Shown here piece by piece: positions 28,450-38,293 of a stretch of 64,000 nucleotides of DNA; the first letter of the stretch is position 1, and every line of letters begins with the position of its first letter. The notes under the pieces were generated by a model. It did no database searches. It saw only the letters and a program-made list of their open reading frames with translations, and had not been told where the DNA came from. Source of the DNA: Gemmatimonadales bacterium (lineage in GTDB: Bacteria > Gemmatimonadota > Gemmatimonadetes > Gemmatimonadales > GWC2-71-9); the NCBI GenBank assembly GCA_041613315.1, contig JBFJHJ010000013.1, positions 1 through 64,000 on the forward strand. Reading direction: 5' to 3'. A program made the translations under genes and the position numbers.

Positions 28450-29211
28450 TCAGTTCTCCTGGAGGGGCCGCCCCGCGTGCTGGACGTGAGCGAGGCGGAG
28501 CCACGACATGAGTCTGATGTAGATCCAGCCCACGTCGAACTCGAACCAGCGCCGGCGAAACCTGGCGGAGCGCGGATCGGCGTGGTGGTTGTTGTGCAGC
28601 TCTTCACCGCCTAACAGAATGCCGGCGGGGAAGAAGTTCCGGCTCGCATCCTTGACGTCGAAGTTGCGATACCCCCAGGCGTGTCCGATCCCGTTCACCA
28701 CGCCCCCCAAAATCGGCATCCACACGATCTGGGCCAGCCAGATGCCTGCGCCCCACCCTACACCGAACAAGTACACGTCGAGCGCCGCCAGCAGGATCAC
28801 GCCGGTGTAGCTGAATCGGCCGAAAATCGCTCGCTCCAGCCAGTCCTGCGGGCACCCTTTTCCGTATTTCTGCAGTAGCGCCGGGTCGCGCACGGCGCGG
28901 CGATAATGCGCCCACCCCTTGAACAGGATCGCCCGCAAGCCTGCTAGGACGGGGCTGTGTGGATCGCCCTCCCGGTCGGCATGCGCATGGTGCTTGCGAT
29001 GGCACGCCACCCATTCGCGCGTGACGATGCCCGTAGTGAGCCACAGCCAGAAGCGCATCGGGATGGACACGAGGGGATGCAGTCGCACGCCGTCGTGCGT
29101 GACTGAACGGTGAAGGTAGATGGTGGTTGCGGCGTTGGTGAGATGCCCGGCGACGGCCAGGAAGGCCAGGGGCATCCACCAGGCGAAAGCCAGAAATCCG
29201 ATCTCAGGCAC
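28450..29211 (-). CDS. Delta-9-type fatty acid desaturase
   Basis: His boxes YLHRSVTH, HRKHH, ELHNNHH; DPHSP. Confidence 0.92.
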   Translation of the reverse strand: MPEIGFLAFAWWMPLAFLAVAGHLTNAATTIYLHRSVTHDGVRLHPLVSIPMRFWLWLTTGIVTREWVACHRKHHAHADREGDPHSPVLAGLRAILFKGWAHYRRAVRDPALLQKYGKGCPQDWLERAIFGRFSYTGVILLAALDVYLFGVGWGAGIWLAQIVWMPILGGVVNGIGHAWGYRNFDVKDASRNFFPAGILLGGEELHNNHHADPRSARFRRRWFEFDVGWIYIRLMSWLRLAHVQHAGRPLQEN

Positions 29212-29284
29212 AAGTACGCTCCGGAAGCTGCGAGACAGTGGCCCTAAAGATAGCTGGTAGGGTCCCGGAACGACGTGCGGCGCG

Positions 29285-30343
29285 TCACCGGCGGATCTGG
29301 GTCCACCGCTTCAGCCGGTCGCGGACGCCCGTGGCGAGACCACGGCGTTCCAGCTCGGTCCACAGCGCCCGGACCGTCTCGCCGTCAACGAGCCCCGGGG
29401 GCGACCCCACGGCTGGCGTCGAGAGACCCTGATCGGTCCGCCAGGCGTCCACCGCGTCCACGACCTCCTGGCTGTAGCGGAAGGCCCCCGCGCCGGGCTC
29501 CAGGCTGTCGGCCTCGGTGACGAGGTATCCGAGCGCGTGAAGGATCACGCGGAGCTGCCACACGTCGCGGCCGCTGCTCTGCTCCAGTGTACGGTAGCCC
29601 AGCGTTTCGGACACCGTGTCGTAGGTGCGCCGGACCTCGGCGACCGGCGTCGGATGCTCGCAGACGTTGATGTGCACGGTGATCCCGTCCGGCCGCCGCG
29701 ACACGCCGGGACGGGGATCCGCGACGACGACGGCCGCCGACTGCAGCCGACCCTTGCGGGCATCACCGCCTGCGGCCTGGCCCGCCGCGAGCGCTTCGAT
29801 GAGCCGGTCGGCCAGGTGCCGCGCGCTGCCCGCCGTGGCTTCGAAGCTCGCCGCCACGGCCTCGAGCACCCCGGGTCCCACGAGCAGGTTGCCCTGGGTC
29901 ACGTAATTCGGGCCGGCGCGCTCCCCCGCCCATGCACTCGTGCTGTCCCCCGTGTGTTGCGCGCTGCCGCCCGTTACGCCAATCACGCCGACCTGGCGTC
30001 GCGTCGCGCGCTCGTCCGCCGCCAGCGCGCGTCGCAGTGCCTCCGATGCCGTGCGCCCGCGCGCCAGCATGTCGAGGAGCTCGGGACCGTACTCGACCCG
30101 CGTGAACGCTTGCGTCGCCACGGCGCCCACGCCCGCCCGCACCCACGGTACGCCGTTGCCCACACAGGGGACACGCGTGGTGACGGCGACCCCCGTTTCA
30201 CGCGTAACGGGGTCGACGGCCGCGATGGAGAACGTGTGGAACGTGAGCGAGTCGCCCCACGCTGACGGCTCCTGACCGGCGATGGGGGTGGCGAGGACTG
30301 CCAGCAGCGCGAAAGCCATCGCGAGACGGGCGAGAGGCATCAT
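29285..30343 (-). CDS. DUF1028 (Ntn-hydrolase-like) exported protein with C-terminal peptidoglycan-binding-like domain
   Basis: HTFSIAAVD, GVGAVATQA, QGNLL, GGDARKGRLQSAA; signal peptide. Confidence 0.85.
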   Translation of the reverse strand: MMPLARLAMAFALLAVLATPIAGQEPSAWGDSLTFHTFSIAAVDPVTRETGVAVTTRVPCVGNGVPWVRAGVGAVATQAFTRVEYGPELLDMLARGRTASEALRRALAADERATRRQVGVIGVTGGSAQHTGDSTSAWAGERAGPNYVTQGNLLVGPGVLEAVAASFEATAGSARHLADRLIEALAAGQAAGGDARKGRLQSAAVVVADPRPGVSRRPDGITVHINVCEHPTPVAEVRRTYDTVSETLGYRTLEQSSGRDVWQLRVILHALGYLVTEADSLEPGAGAFRYSQEVVDAVDAWRTDQGLSTPAVGSPPGLVDGETVRALWTELERRGLATGVRDRLKRWTQIRR

Positions 30344-30445
30344 GGGACGCTCCAGCGAAGGTGATGAGCGGATAGGTGGCGGCGTCTGCTCCACGTCGGG
30401 GACCGCGCGCGGCCGCCGCCCCCGCCCCCGCCGCCACCGCAGCAT

Positions 30446-31909
30446 CTATTGGACCGTGTTGCGCAACAGTTGGACGTAGAACCGTACCATGCGCCCGTAG
30501 TCCCGTACGGCGATCCGTTCGTCGGTGCCGTGGGCGCGCGCGAGATCGTCGGGCTTCAGCCATCCGCCGTTGAAGCGGTACACGTCGGCGCTGAGGTCCC
30601 GGAAATACCGCGCATCCGTCCCTCCGATCACGAGCCACGGCGCGACGATGACTCCGGGGAACACTTCGGTGATCGTACGCTGCAACGTGCGGAAGTCTGC
30701 GGACGTCACGTCCGACACCGGCGAGGGCTCCGTGCCGAATCCTGCCAGCGGCCGAATCTCCACCCGGTCGTCGTCGATCGTGCGTCGAGCGTGTTGTATC
30801 ACGCTGGCGATGCTGTCCCCGGGGAGGATTCGAAAGTTCACGACGGCCCGCGCGACGGGCGAGATGACGTTGTCCTTGCTGCCCGCCTCGAAGATGGTGG
30901 GGGCCGTGGTGGTCCGAAGCATCGCGTCGCCGGCGGGGTCGCCACCCATGGTGCGGGTGAGCACGGGGGCCAGCAACCACCGGTTGGCAATCACGAGCCG
31001 GCGGGCCAATGGCATCTCCGGCCCCACATAGTCGAACAGGAGCGCGGTGGCACCTCGGATCGCCCGAGGCATGCGGTTCGTCTCCAGTCGGTTCACGGCG
31101 GCGCTGAGGATCCCGATCGGCGTAGCGACCGGGGGAGCTGACGAGTGGCCGCCTGCCCCGCGCACGATCAGCTCGAGACTGACGTACCCCTTCTCGGCGA
31201 CCCCGACCAGCGCCAACGGGCGGGCCAGGCCCGGCATCACGCCCTCCACAACGAATCCGCCCTCGTCCAGCACGAACTCCAGCTCGACCTGTCGCTGGCG
31301 GAGGAGCTCGGCAATCCTGGCGGCACCGCGAAGGCCGCCGACCTCCTCGTCGTGCCCGAATGCCAAGTACACGGTGCGGCGCGGCTGCACCCCCCGCGCC
31401 AGCAGCAACTCGACGGCTTCGAAGATGGCGACTAGGCTCGCCTTGTCATCGAGGGCGCCCCGGCCCCAGACGTAGCCGTCTACGAGGTCGCCCCCAAACG
31501 GCTGGAGCGTCCAGTCGCCTTCGGTGCCGGGCTGTACGGGCACGACATCTTGATGCGCCATCAACACGATCGGCTTGAGCGATCGGTCGCGACCAATCCA
31601 GCGGTAGAGCAGGCTGTACCCGCCGACCGTCTCGTGCGGTAGGGCGGCATCCACTCGGGGGAAGGTGCGCCGCAAGTAGTCGTGGAGTCGCCGGAATTCG
31701 TCTCCATCGAAGGCCGCCGAATCCTGGTAGGAAATCGTGCGGAATGTGAGCGCGGTCGCCAGCCGCTGGGCCGCCGCGTCGGGGTCGACGGCAATGTCCG
31801 CGACAGGCTCGGCCTGGATCTGGCGAGACGGGAGGCTCGCGGCGCGGACGACGGCGACGGCCGCGACGACGATCACGACGACCACGAGCGCGAGCAGCGC
31901 TTGCTTCAT
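30446..31909 (-). CDS. M20 family metallopeptidase/amidohydrolase (carboxypeptidase S / PM20D1-like)
   Basis: MAHQDVVP, WGRGALDDK, GHDEEVGG, VLDEGG, GGHSS, HGTDERI. Confidence 0.92.
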   Translation of the reverse strand: MKQALLALVVVVIVVAAVAVVRAASLPSRQIQAEPVADIAVDPDAAAQRLATALTFRTISYQDSAAFDGDEFRRLHDYLRRTFPRVDAALPHETVGGYSLLYRWIGRDRSLKPIVLMAHQDVVPVQPGTEGDWTLQPFGGDLVDGYVWGRGALDDKASLVAIFEAVELLLARGVQPRRTVYLAFGHDEEVGGLRGAARIAELLRQRQVELEFVLDEGGFVVEGVMPGLARPLALVGVAEKGYVSLELIVRGAGGHSSAPPVATPIGILSAAVNRLETNRMPRAIRGATALLFDYVGPEMPLARRLVIANRWLLAPVLTRTMGGDPAGDAMLRTTTAPTIFEAGSKDNVISPVARAVVNFRILPGDSIASVIQHARRTIDDDRVEIRPLAGFGTEPSPVSDVTSADFRTLQRTITEVFPGVIVAPWLVIGGTDARYFRDLSADVYRFNGGWLKPDDLARAHGTDERIAVRDYGRMVRFYVQLLRNTVQ

Positions 31910-31991
31910 GGGGACTCCTGGTGCAGGCGAGTTCGTTCGAGGGTAGCGTGCAGGTGCGTCGTCGAGAACCGCGCACTGGCTGCTTGGGTCA

Positions 31992-34415
31992 CTAAGCTAT
32001 CGGACCTGGGACGTTCTCGCGAGCGACCGAGGGCCGCGTCCCGGCGCGCAGGGCCAACCCAGCGCCGGCGTACGCGGCGGCGGCGACGGCAAACAACCAC
32101 GGCGAGCCCGCCTCCAGCGCGATCAAGGCGGCGAGCGGTGCGGCTACGACCGACGCGAACCCGTTGGTCGCCCAGGCCCACGCCGTGCGTCCGGCATCTG
32201 GTCCGGCAAGCTGCCGGAGCCCGGCCGGGAAGGGGACCCCCATGAGCGTCGCGACCGGCCCGAGAACGAGGACGGCGAGGAGCACCCGCACGCTGATCGG
32301 GGCGGGCAGCGCCACATGCACGAGTGGCAGGCCGATGACGGCCAGGACCATGAGTAACGCGGGCAGCGTGAGGCCCGTGAGGGCGGCGCCGGCGGGCGGC
32401 CTCCGGTCGGACCACATGCTCCCGGCGCCTGAACAGATCAGAAACGCGGCGAGCGCCGCGGCGACGGCATACACCGGGTGGCCCAGCAGGAGGCTGAACT
32501 GCTGGATGGCGGCGATCTCGCCGGCGAGGTAGCCGAGGCCGAGCGCCCCGAAATACGCGACGAGGGGGGGCCGGGCGCCTCCGGTTCCTCGGGTGCCGGC
32601 GAGCGTCGGCAGTAGCAGGAGCGCGGCCGCGACGGCGGTCGCCTGCACCAGCGTCGCCACGAGGGCCACGTATCCCCACTCGGTGAAGGGGAGCCATTCG
32701 CCGCGCTCCGCATGCAGGAACGTCCTCAGGGACGCCGGGCGGAGGAAATGGTGCGGATAGGGTCGGGCGTCGGTCGCGGGAGCGACGTCGAAGGGGTAGG
32801 CATCGGCAAACTCCCGCGCGGCGGCCGGGCCGGCCGTCGCGGCGCGGGCCGCCTCGAACAACACCGGCGCCTCCAAGAAATGGAACCGCGTGATCGGTAC
32901 GTGGAGCCCAGGTTGCCAGTCCAGATCCATCTGCCGCGCGTCGGCCCACGTGGTGAGGCGGGCAAGATCGTCCGGTGTGAACCCGTCGGGCTTAACGAGG
33001 ACCGTGGCCGTCGCCCAACTCCGAGTCACGGTCAACCCGCGTGCCACATCCGCCGCCGCCACGCGCCGCAGCGCGTCCGCCGCGCTGAGGATCACCCGGA
33101 CGCTCTGACGGGGCGGGACCGCCATCCATCGCGTGATCGCGAGGACGCCGCCTGGGCGGAGCAGGCGCAAGTAGCGCTCGTACGCGTCCACCGTGTGCAG
33201 GAAGTCCGCATCGAGCGCGTAGACGCCGGCCGCGCTCGCGCCAAGCCCGCCGCCGCCCGGTCCGATCGTCACGAGATCGAACCGCCTGGGCGTGCGTGAG
33301 GCGACGGCGCGCGCGTCGCCGATCACCCACTCCACCGCCATCCCGTGCTCCGGCGGTGCCCCGCGTGCGGCGAGGGCCGCGAGTTGGGACGAGAGCTCAA
33401 CGGCGGTTACCGCCCGTGCGCCGCCGGCCACGGCATTCCACACCTCGGTCCAGCCGCCCGCCCCGATCACGAGGACCGTGTCCCGCTGTGCCAGGGCGAA
33501 GGGAAGCGCCGCCGGCAGCCAGTCGAGCAGCGTTGCACCGCCATGCTCCTCGTCCCACTCGGAGACCGCGCCGACGAGGTCTCCATCCACGAAAAGGCCG
33601 ACCTGGGTGGGAAACGGCCCGCGGTAGGCGAGTGAGAGTCCCGGCGCATACCGAAACGCCGGAGCTTGGACCGCGACCAGCCAGCCGAGCGGGCTGGTGC
33701 GCTCCGCGATGCGCGTGGCATCTGGATACGCTTCCGCTTGGGGAAGTGCTTTGTAAGGCGAAATGTCGAGCCGCCACGGGGGGTAAGAGACGGCGGCGAT
33801 CGCTCCGATCGCGAGCGCGGTGCCGGCAAGCGCCGTTCCGGCCCGGCGCCGTGGCGGCCGGGCGGCTGCCACCGCGCCGACGGCCGCGAACAGGGCCGGG
33901 ATGGCGATCGCCCGCGCGGGGGTGAAGATCCATAGGGCTGCCACGGCCGCCGCGGCGCCCAGTCCCGATCCCGCGAAGCTCGCGCCGTAGATGACGCCGG
34001 GGCGGGCCGCGTCGCGCGTGATCGCGAGGAGCACCGCGAGGCCCCCGGCACCGAAGGGAAAGGCGAGGACGAGGTAGAGCGCGCCGAGGCGGGCCCACTG
34101 CCCGGGGCTCCATACGAGCTGACTGGCGTCGAGCGGGACGAGGCCTGCGAGAATCGGGCTGGCCAACAGGGCAACGCTCGTGACCACCGCCGCGCGGCGG
34201 AACCACTGCTCGGCGGCGGCGGCGTTTCGTGGGGGACGCAACGCGAGGGCGGTGCCGCTCGCCCCGAAGCCCAGCATGGCAATTCCGATCGCCATGTAGG
34301 CGAAGTGATGGAACTGTTCGATGGCGAAGATCCGGACGAGGAGGATCTCATAGGCGAGCGTGCCCGCGGAGAGGAGGGCGACGGCGAGCGCGCGCCGAGT
34401 GGGCGGTGTGGTCAG
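31992..34415 (-). CDS. Polytopic membrane protein with central spermidine-synthase-like SAM-binding domain
   Basis: VLVIGAGG, VTAVELS, GDAR, LRPGGVLAI flanked by TM blocks. The frame stays open and family-like (LAYEILLVRIF...HHFAYM) upstream of the first ATG (34295) to a CTG at 34415 overlapping the pcm stop. Confidence 0.8.
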   Translation of the reverse strand: MTTPPTRRALAVALLSAGTLAYEILLVRIFAIEQFHHFAYMAIGIAMLGFGASGTALALRPPRNAAAAEQWFRRAAVVTSVALLASPILAGLVPLDASQLVWSPGQWARLGALYLVLAFPFGAGGLAVLLAITRDAARPGVIYGASFAGSGLGAAAAVAALWIFTPARAIAIPALFAAVGAVAAARPPRRRAGTALAGTALAIGAIAAVSYPPWRLDISPYKALPQAEAYPDATRIAERTSPLGWLVAVQAPAFRYAPGLSLAYRGPFPTQVGLFVDGDLVGAVSEWDEEHGGATLLDWLPAALPFALAQRDTVLVIGAGGWTEVWNAVAGGARAVTAVELSSQLAALAARGAPPEHGMAVEWVIGDARAVASRTPRRFDLVTIGPGGGGLGASAAGVYALDADFLHTVDAYERYLRLLRPGGVLAITRWMAVPPRQSVRVILSAADALRRVAAADVARGLTVTRSWATATVLVKPDGFTPDDLARLTTWADARQMDLDWQPGLHVPITRFHFLEAPVLFEAARAATAGPAAAREFADAYPFDVAPATDARPYPHHFLRPASLRTFLHAERGEWLPFTEWGYVALVATLVQATAVAAALLLLPTLAGTRGTGGARPPLVAYFGALGLGYLAGEIAAIQQFSLLLGHPVYAVAAALAAFLICSGAGSMWSDRRPPAGAALTGLTLPALLMVLAVIGLPLVHVALPAPISVRVLLAVLVLGPVATLMGVPFPAGLRQLAGPDAGRTAWAWATNGFASVVAAPLAALIALEAGSPWLFAVAAAAYAGAGLALRAGTRPSVARENVPGPIA

Positions 34416-35134
34416 CGCAGGCCTTGCAGCATGGGGACGAAGCGGACCGGCAGCAGCGTGCGCGTCCGCACCGTTCCGTGCATGTCCTTCTCAACGAGGA
34501 TGAGATGTTGCACGCCGTACACGCTTCCCACCGGGATCACCATGCGCCCGCCCGGCCGCAATTGGTCCACCAGGGTTGGAGGGATGTAGCCGGCTGCGGC
34601 CGTCACGATCACGGCGTCAAACGGCGCCTCATCGGGCCAGCCGTGATGGCCGTCGGCATGCCGTACGGAGACGCGATCGTAGCCGAGGCGCGCGAGCCGC
34701 TCCCCGGCGCTGGCCGCGAGCGCCGCGAAGATCTCCATCGTGTATACGTCGCAGCCCGCCGCCGCGAGCACCGCGGCCTGATATCCTGAGCCGGTTCCGA
34801 CTTCGAGGACCTTCATGGCCGGCGTGACCCGGAGCGCCTCGGTCATGTACGCCACGACATAGGGTTGGGAGATGGTCTGGCCGTAGCCGATGGGCAGCGG
34901 ATGATCGCCGTAGGCGCGGTCCCGCAGGTTCGCCGGGACGAACTCGTGGCGCGGGACCGACCGCACGGCGGCGAGGGTCGTCGAATCGGCGACCCCCTGT
35001 CGGGCAATGTGCTCGGCCATTGCGAGCCGCTCCCGCCGATACCGATCGTCGCGGCGGTCGGCCTGCGCCTCGAGGCTCGGAGCGGCGCCAACGAGCGCGG
35101 CGAGCACGAGCGCCGTGCGGAGCCGAATGCTCAT
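34412..35134 (-). CDS. pcm: Protein-L-isoaspartate(D-aspartate) O-methyltransferase with signal-peptide-like N-terminus
   Basis: VPRHEFVP, LPIGYGQTISQPY, VLEVGTGSGYQAA, APFDAVIVTAA, VRFVPM. Confidence 0.94.
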   Translation of the reverse strand: MSIRLRTALVLAALVGAAPSLEAQADRRDDRYRRERLAMAEHIARQGVADSTTLAAVRSVPRHEFVPANLRDRAYGDHPLPIGYGQTISQPYVVAYMTEALRVTPAMKVLEVGTGSGYQAAVLAAAGCDVYTMEIFAALAASAGERLARLGYDRVSVRHADGHHGWPDEAPFDAVIVTAAAGYIPPTLVDQLRPGGRMVIPVGSVYGVQHLILVEKDMHGTVRTRTLLPVRFVPMLQGLR

Positions 35135-35790
35135 GCCGACGCGCGAGCGACCGCGAGCGACCGCAGCACGTCCTTGCTGAGCCGGTGCCCGCCGGAGAAC
35201 CTGAGCACGTGGAACGGGATGCCGTCTGCCTCGAGACGCTGCGTCTCCCGGTCTATCACGCCGGCGGTGGCGAACTCATCGCGCTCACCGATCACGAGGT
35301 GCAGGTCGGCAGCGGCGAGACGCCGCCCGTCGGCGCGGAGATCGAGATCCGGTGGGACACCCCCGCCCCACAGGATCAGCTGATCGACGCTGGTCGCGCC
35401 CGTGGCGGCCCAGCGACAGGCCGTGGCCGCGCCCTGGGAGAAGCCGAGCACGCGGCATCGCGCAGCGCCGCGGTCCACGCGCTGAAAAACCCAGTCGGCC
35501 ACAGCGTCCAGATAACGCACGTAATCGGCGATTTCGGCGCCCCGGTCCTCGCGCGTCATCCACGATGCGCCGACGGCCCGCGACGCGTGGTCGGTGTAGT
35601 AGCGGGAGAGCGCCTCAGGCGCGACCACGAGCCGACCAGGATCCTCCAGGATCCGGAACGGTTCCAGGAAGCTCGCCGCAAGCTGTCCGTAGCCGTGGAG
35701 GGCGAACCACACGTCACGCACGGCCGGGCCCGGGGCGCCGAGGGTGTGATAGCGGGCGGTGCGCGAGACGACGAGATGGTGCTCGTGCAT
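35131..35790 (-). CDS. Alpha/beta hydrolase (phospholipase/carboxylesterase)
   Basis: LHGYGQ, GFSQG nucleophile elbow, GERDEF, GGH. Confidence 0.88.
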   Translation of the reverse strand: MHEHHLVVSRTARYHTLGAPGPAVRDVWFALHGYGQLAASFLEPFRILEDPGRLVVAPEALSRYYTDHASRAVGASWMTREDRGAEIADYVRYLDAVADWVFQRVDRGAARCRVLGFSQGAATACRWAATGATSVDQLILWGGGVPPDLDLRADGRRLAAADLHLVIGERDEFATAGVIDRETQRLEADGIPFHVLRFSGGHRLSKDVLRSLAVARASA

Positions 35791-35942
35791 GGATCGCAAG
35801 TTAGAGGACCGGCGGGACGCGCAGAAGAGGCTGGGCGTGGGGGAACGGTCGTGCGCTTGGGGAGGCAGGGGCGGGGATGCCCTCGCCGAGCAGCTCTCGA
35901 ATCCCGCCGTTCGAGGAGGAACGGGAGCGTCGCCGTTGGGCG

Positions 35943-36419
35943 CTAGCCGGTGTCCTGGTCGTGCAGTGTCGTGAACTTCTCGATACGGAGCTTGCGCGCG
36001 CCCATCGGCAACCGGACTTCGACCATGTCCTTCACCTGCCTGTCGAGCAGCGCGCGGCCGAGCGGGGACGACACCGATACCTGCCCCGCGTCCACGTCCA
36101 TGACATCCGGGATGACCAGCTCGTAGTCCTCCTTCTGCTTGGTGGCGAGGTCCTTGACCGTCACGCGCGACCCCAGTCCCACCCGGTCCTTAGGGATCTT
36201 GGAGAGGTCGATCTGCGACAGTTGGGACAGGCGGGCCCGCAGTTGGTTGAGGCGTAGCTGGACGAACCCCTGTCGCTCGATGGCGGCCTGGTAGTCGCCA
36301 TTCTCACGGAGGTCACCCATCTCCCGGGCCCGCCTGAGGGTTTCGGGCAGGGTCACGTGGAGTTCGTGGTTCAGCGCCTCGACTTCGGCGACGAGCTTCG
36401 CGCGGACGGCTTCGATCAT
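35943..36419 (-). CDS. greA: Transcription elongation factor GreA/GreB family
   Basis: AREMGDLRENGDYQAA, VSVSSPLGRALL. Confidence 0.9.
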   Translation of the reverse strand: MIEAVRAKLVAEVEALNHELHVTLPETLRRAREMGDLRENGDYQAAIERQGFVQLRLNQLRARLSQLSQIDLSKIPKDRVGLGSRVTVKDLATKQKEDYELVIPDVMDVDAGQVSVSSPLGRALLDRQVKDMVEVRLPMGARKLRIEKFTTLHDQDTG

Positions 36420-36444
36420 GTCCCAATCTTAACGGAAAGTCGGG

Positions 36445-36607
36445 AAGGCGGTAAGCGCGGGAGGGCGGTGGGGCTGGAAGGCGGTAGGAGGGTAAGTGGA
36501 GACGCTGGCGGTTGATCCGCGCCGGCCGCTTGCGCCACTCCCCCACCACCCCCACCTCGTACCGCCCGACCGTCTTACCGCCAGTCTGCTTGCCCGTCCT
36601 ACCCTCC
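36445..36607. repeat. Imperfect inverted array of short GGCGGTA(A/G) / (C/T)TACCGCC units upstream of greA
   Basis: GGCGGTAAG (36447-55) pairs with CTTACCGCC (36574-82); GGCGGTA (36480-86) pairs with TACCGCC (36560-66); purine-rich left half, pyrimidine-rich right half. Confidence 0.5.
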
Positions 36608-38293
36608 TGGCCGCACGATCCGGCCCGGCAGCGCATCCGTGCGGTCCCCGTCCCACAGCGCGAAGCTCCCGTTCACCATGACATGGGGAATGCCCTCGGG
36701 ATACTGCTGCGGGTGGTCGAACGTGGCGAGGTCGCGCACCGCAGCCGGGTCAAATACCACCAGATCCGCGAAGGCGCCCGGCCGCACGACGCCGCGCCGC
36801 TCCAGCCGGAGTCGTGCCGCCGGCATCCCGCTCATCTTGTGGATCGCCGTCTCGAGCGGCAGGAGCTTGTGGTCGCGGCAGTAGTGACCGAGCACTCGGG
36901 GGAACGTGCCGAAGTTACGGGGATGGGGTGCTCCCGCGGCAAGGGGGCCCTCCGTCGCGAGGGCCGACCCGTCCGAGCAGACCATGCCGAGCGGGTGGGC
37001 CAGGAACTTGGCCGTATTTGCCTCGCTCATCCCGAACCCCACCATTCCGGCGCGGTTCCGGTCCGCCTTGGTGAGTTGCACGAGCAGGTCGTACGGATCC
37101 TGCCCGCGCTCGGCGGCGAGCGCGCCGAGGCGCCGCCCCCGCGCCCAGGCGAGCGAGTCGGCGCCGGTCGACGAGATGAGCACGGCATCCCACGAGCCGA
37201 GCCGGGCGATCTTGTCGAGGACGGCGGCCTTGAGCTTCGGCGCCGTCATGGGGTCCACGAGCCGCAGCAGGAACGCGTCGGTCCCGCCGTCTTGCGCCCA
37301 CACTGGGAACAGGAATCCGAGGCCGGTCGCGTAGGCGACATACGGGTACCGGTCGTAGCTCACGTCGATCCCCCCGGCGCGTGCGGCCTCGAGCGTCTCC
37401 AGGACCGGGTCCGCCTTCCACCAGTTGCGCTTCCCCTCGGCCTTGAGGTGCGAGATGTGGACCGGAACACCGGCGGCGCGGCCCACGTTGAGCGCTTCCT
37501 CGATCGCCGCGAACAGGTGGTCGTCTTCGCTACGCATGTGCGTGGCGTAGGGCAACCCCGTGCCGCGCAGGACGGACGCCAGGGCCACGAGCTCCGCGAG
37601 GTCCGCGAACGCCCCCGGATGGTATTCGAGCCCGCTTGAGAATCCGCACGCGCCGGCCGCGATCGCGCGCCGCACATGGTCCTGCATCGCAGCGATCTCG
37701 GTGTCTGTGGCGGGTCGGGCCGCCTCGCCCACCACGAACCCGCGGATCGTTCCGTGCCCCACCATGCTGGCGAAGTTGACCGCCGTCCGGCTGCGCTCGA
37801 GACGGCGAAAGAATCCGGGCAGATCGTCGAAGTCGATCGCGACGCCATAGCGCTCGCGGTACGTGTCGCGTACCTCCGCGGCACGCGCGGCCCGCCAGGG
37901 GCCGATGGAGCCGCCGTCCTGCCCCGCCACCTCGGTCGTCACACCCTGGCGGATCTTGCTGGGCGCGCTGGGATCGATCAGCAGCTCGAAGTCGGTGTGG
38001 GAATGGATGTCGATGAACCCCGGAGCGAGAGCCAGCCCGGCCAGGTTCACCTCTCGGGCGCGGGCCCGCGGCAGGCGGGGCCCGACGGCGGCGATCCGGT
38101 CACCCGCGACGGCGACATCGGTCTGCATGGGTGGGGTGCCGGTGCCGTCGTACACCAGCGGATTCCGCAGGATCACGTCCTCGGCGCGATCGGCCGTCCG
38201 CGGCGCGCGGACACCCTGCAGCAGCGGCGCCGCGGCGAACGCGCCCGCCACGGCGCCGGTCGTCTCGAGAAACCCGCGGCGGCTGACCGTCAC
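36599..38293 (-). CDS. N-acyl-D-amino-acid deacylase (D-aminoacylase), Tat-exported
   Basis: SRRGFL signal; APGFIDIHSH, QGVTTEV, HMRSE, HISHLK, HPRNFGTFPRVLG; GTGA overlap with the upstream paralogue. Confidence 0.9.
   Translation of the reverse strand: MTVSRRGFLETTGAVAGAFAAAPLLQGVRAPRTADRAEDVILRNPLVYDGTGTPPMQTDVAVAGDRIAAVGPRLPRARAREVNLAGLALAPGFIDIHSHTDFELLIDPSAPSKIRQGVTTEVAGQDGGSIGPWRAARAAEVRDTYRERYGVAIDFDDLPGFFRRLERSRTAVNFASMVGHGTIRGFVVGEAARPATDTEIAAMQDHVRRAIAAGACGFSSGLEYHPGAFADLAELVALASVLRGTGLPYATHMRSEDDHLFAAIEEALNVGRAAGVPVHISHLKAEGKRNWWKADPVLETLEAARAGGIDVSYDRYPYVAYATGLGFLFPVWAQDGGTDAFLLRLVDPMTAPKLKAAVLDKIARLGSWDAVLISSTGADSLAWARGRRLGALAAERGQDPYDLLVQLTKADRNRAGMVGFGMSEANTAKFLAHPLGMVCSDGSALATEGPLAAGAPHPRNFGTFPRVLGHYCRDHKLLPLETAIHKMSGMPAARLRLERRGVVRPGAFADLVVFDPAAVRDLATFDHPQQYPEGIPHVMVNGSFALWDGDRTDALPGRIVRPGG

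Noticed and set aside
28450..29211. Desaturase as part of the Che7-like system (cf. Des7)
   Set aside because: It lies over 5 kb away on the opposite strand with unrelated genes between; no linkage evidence.
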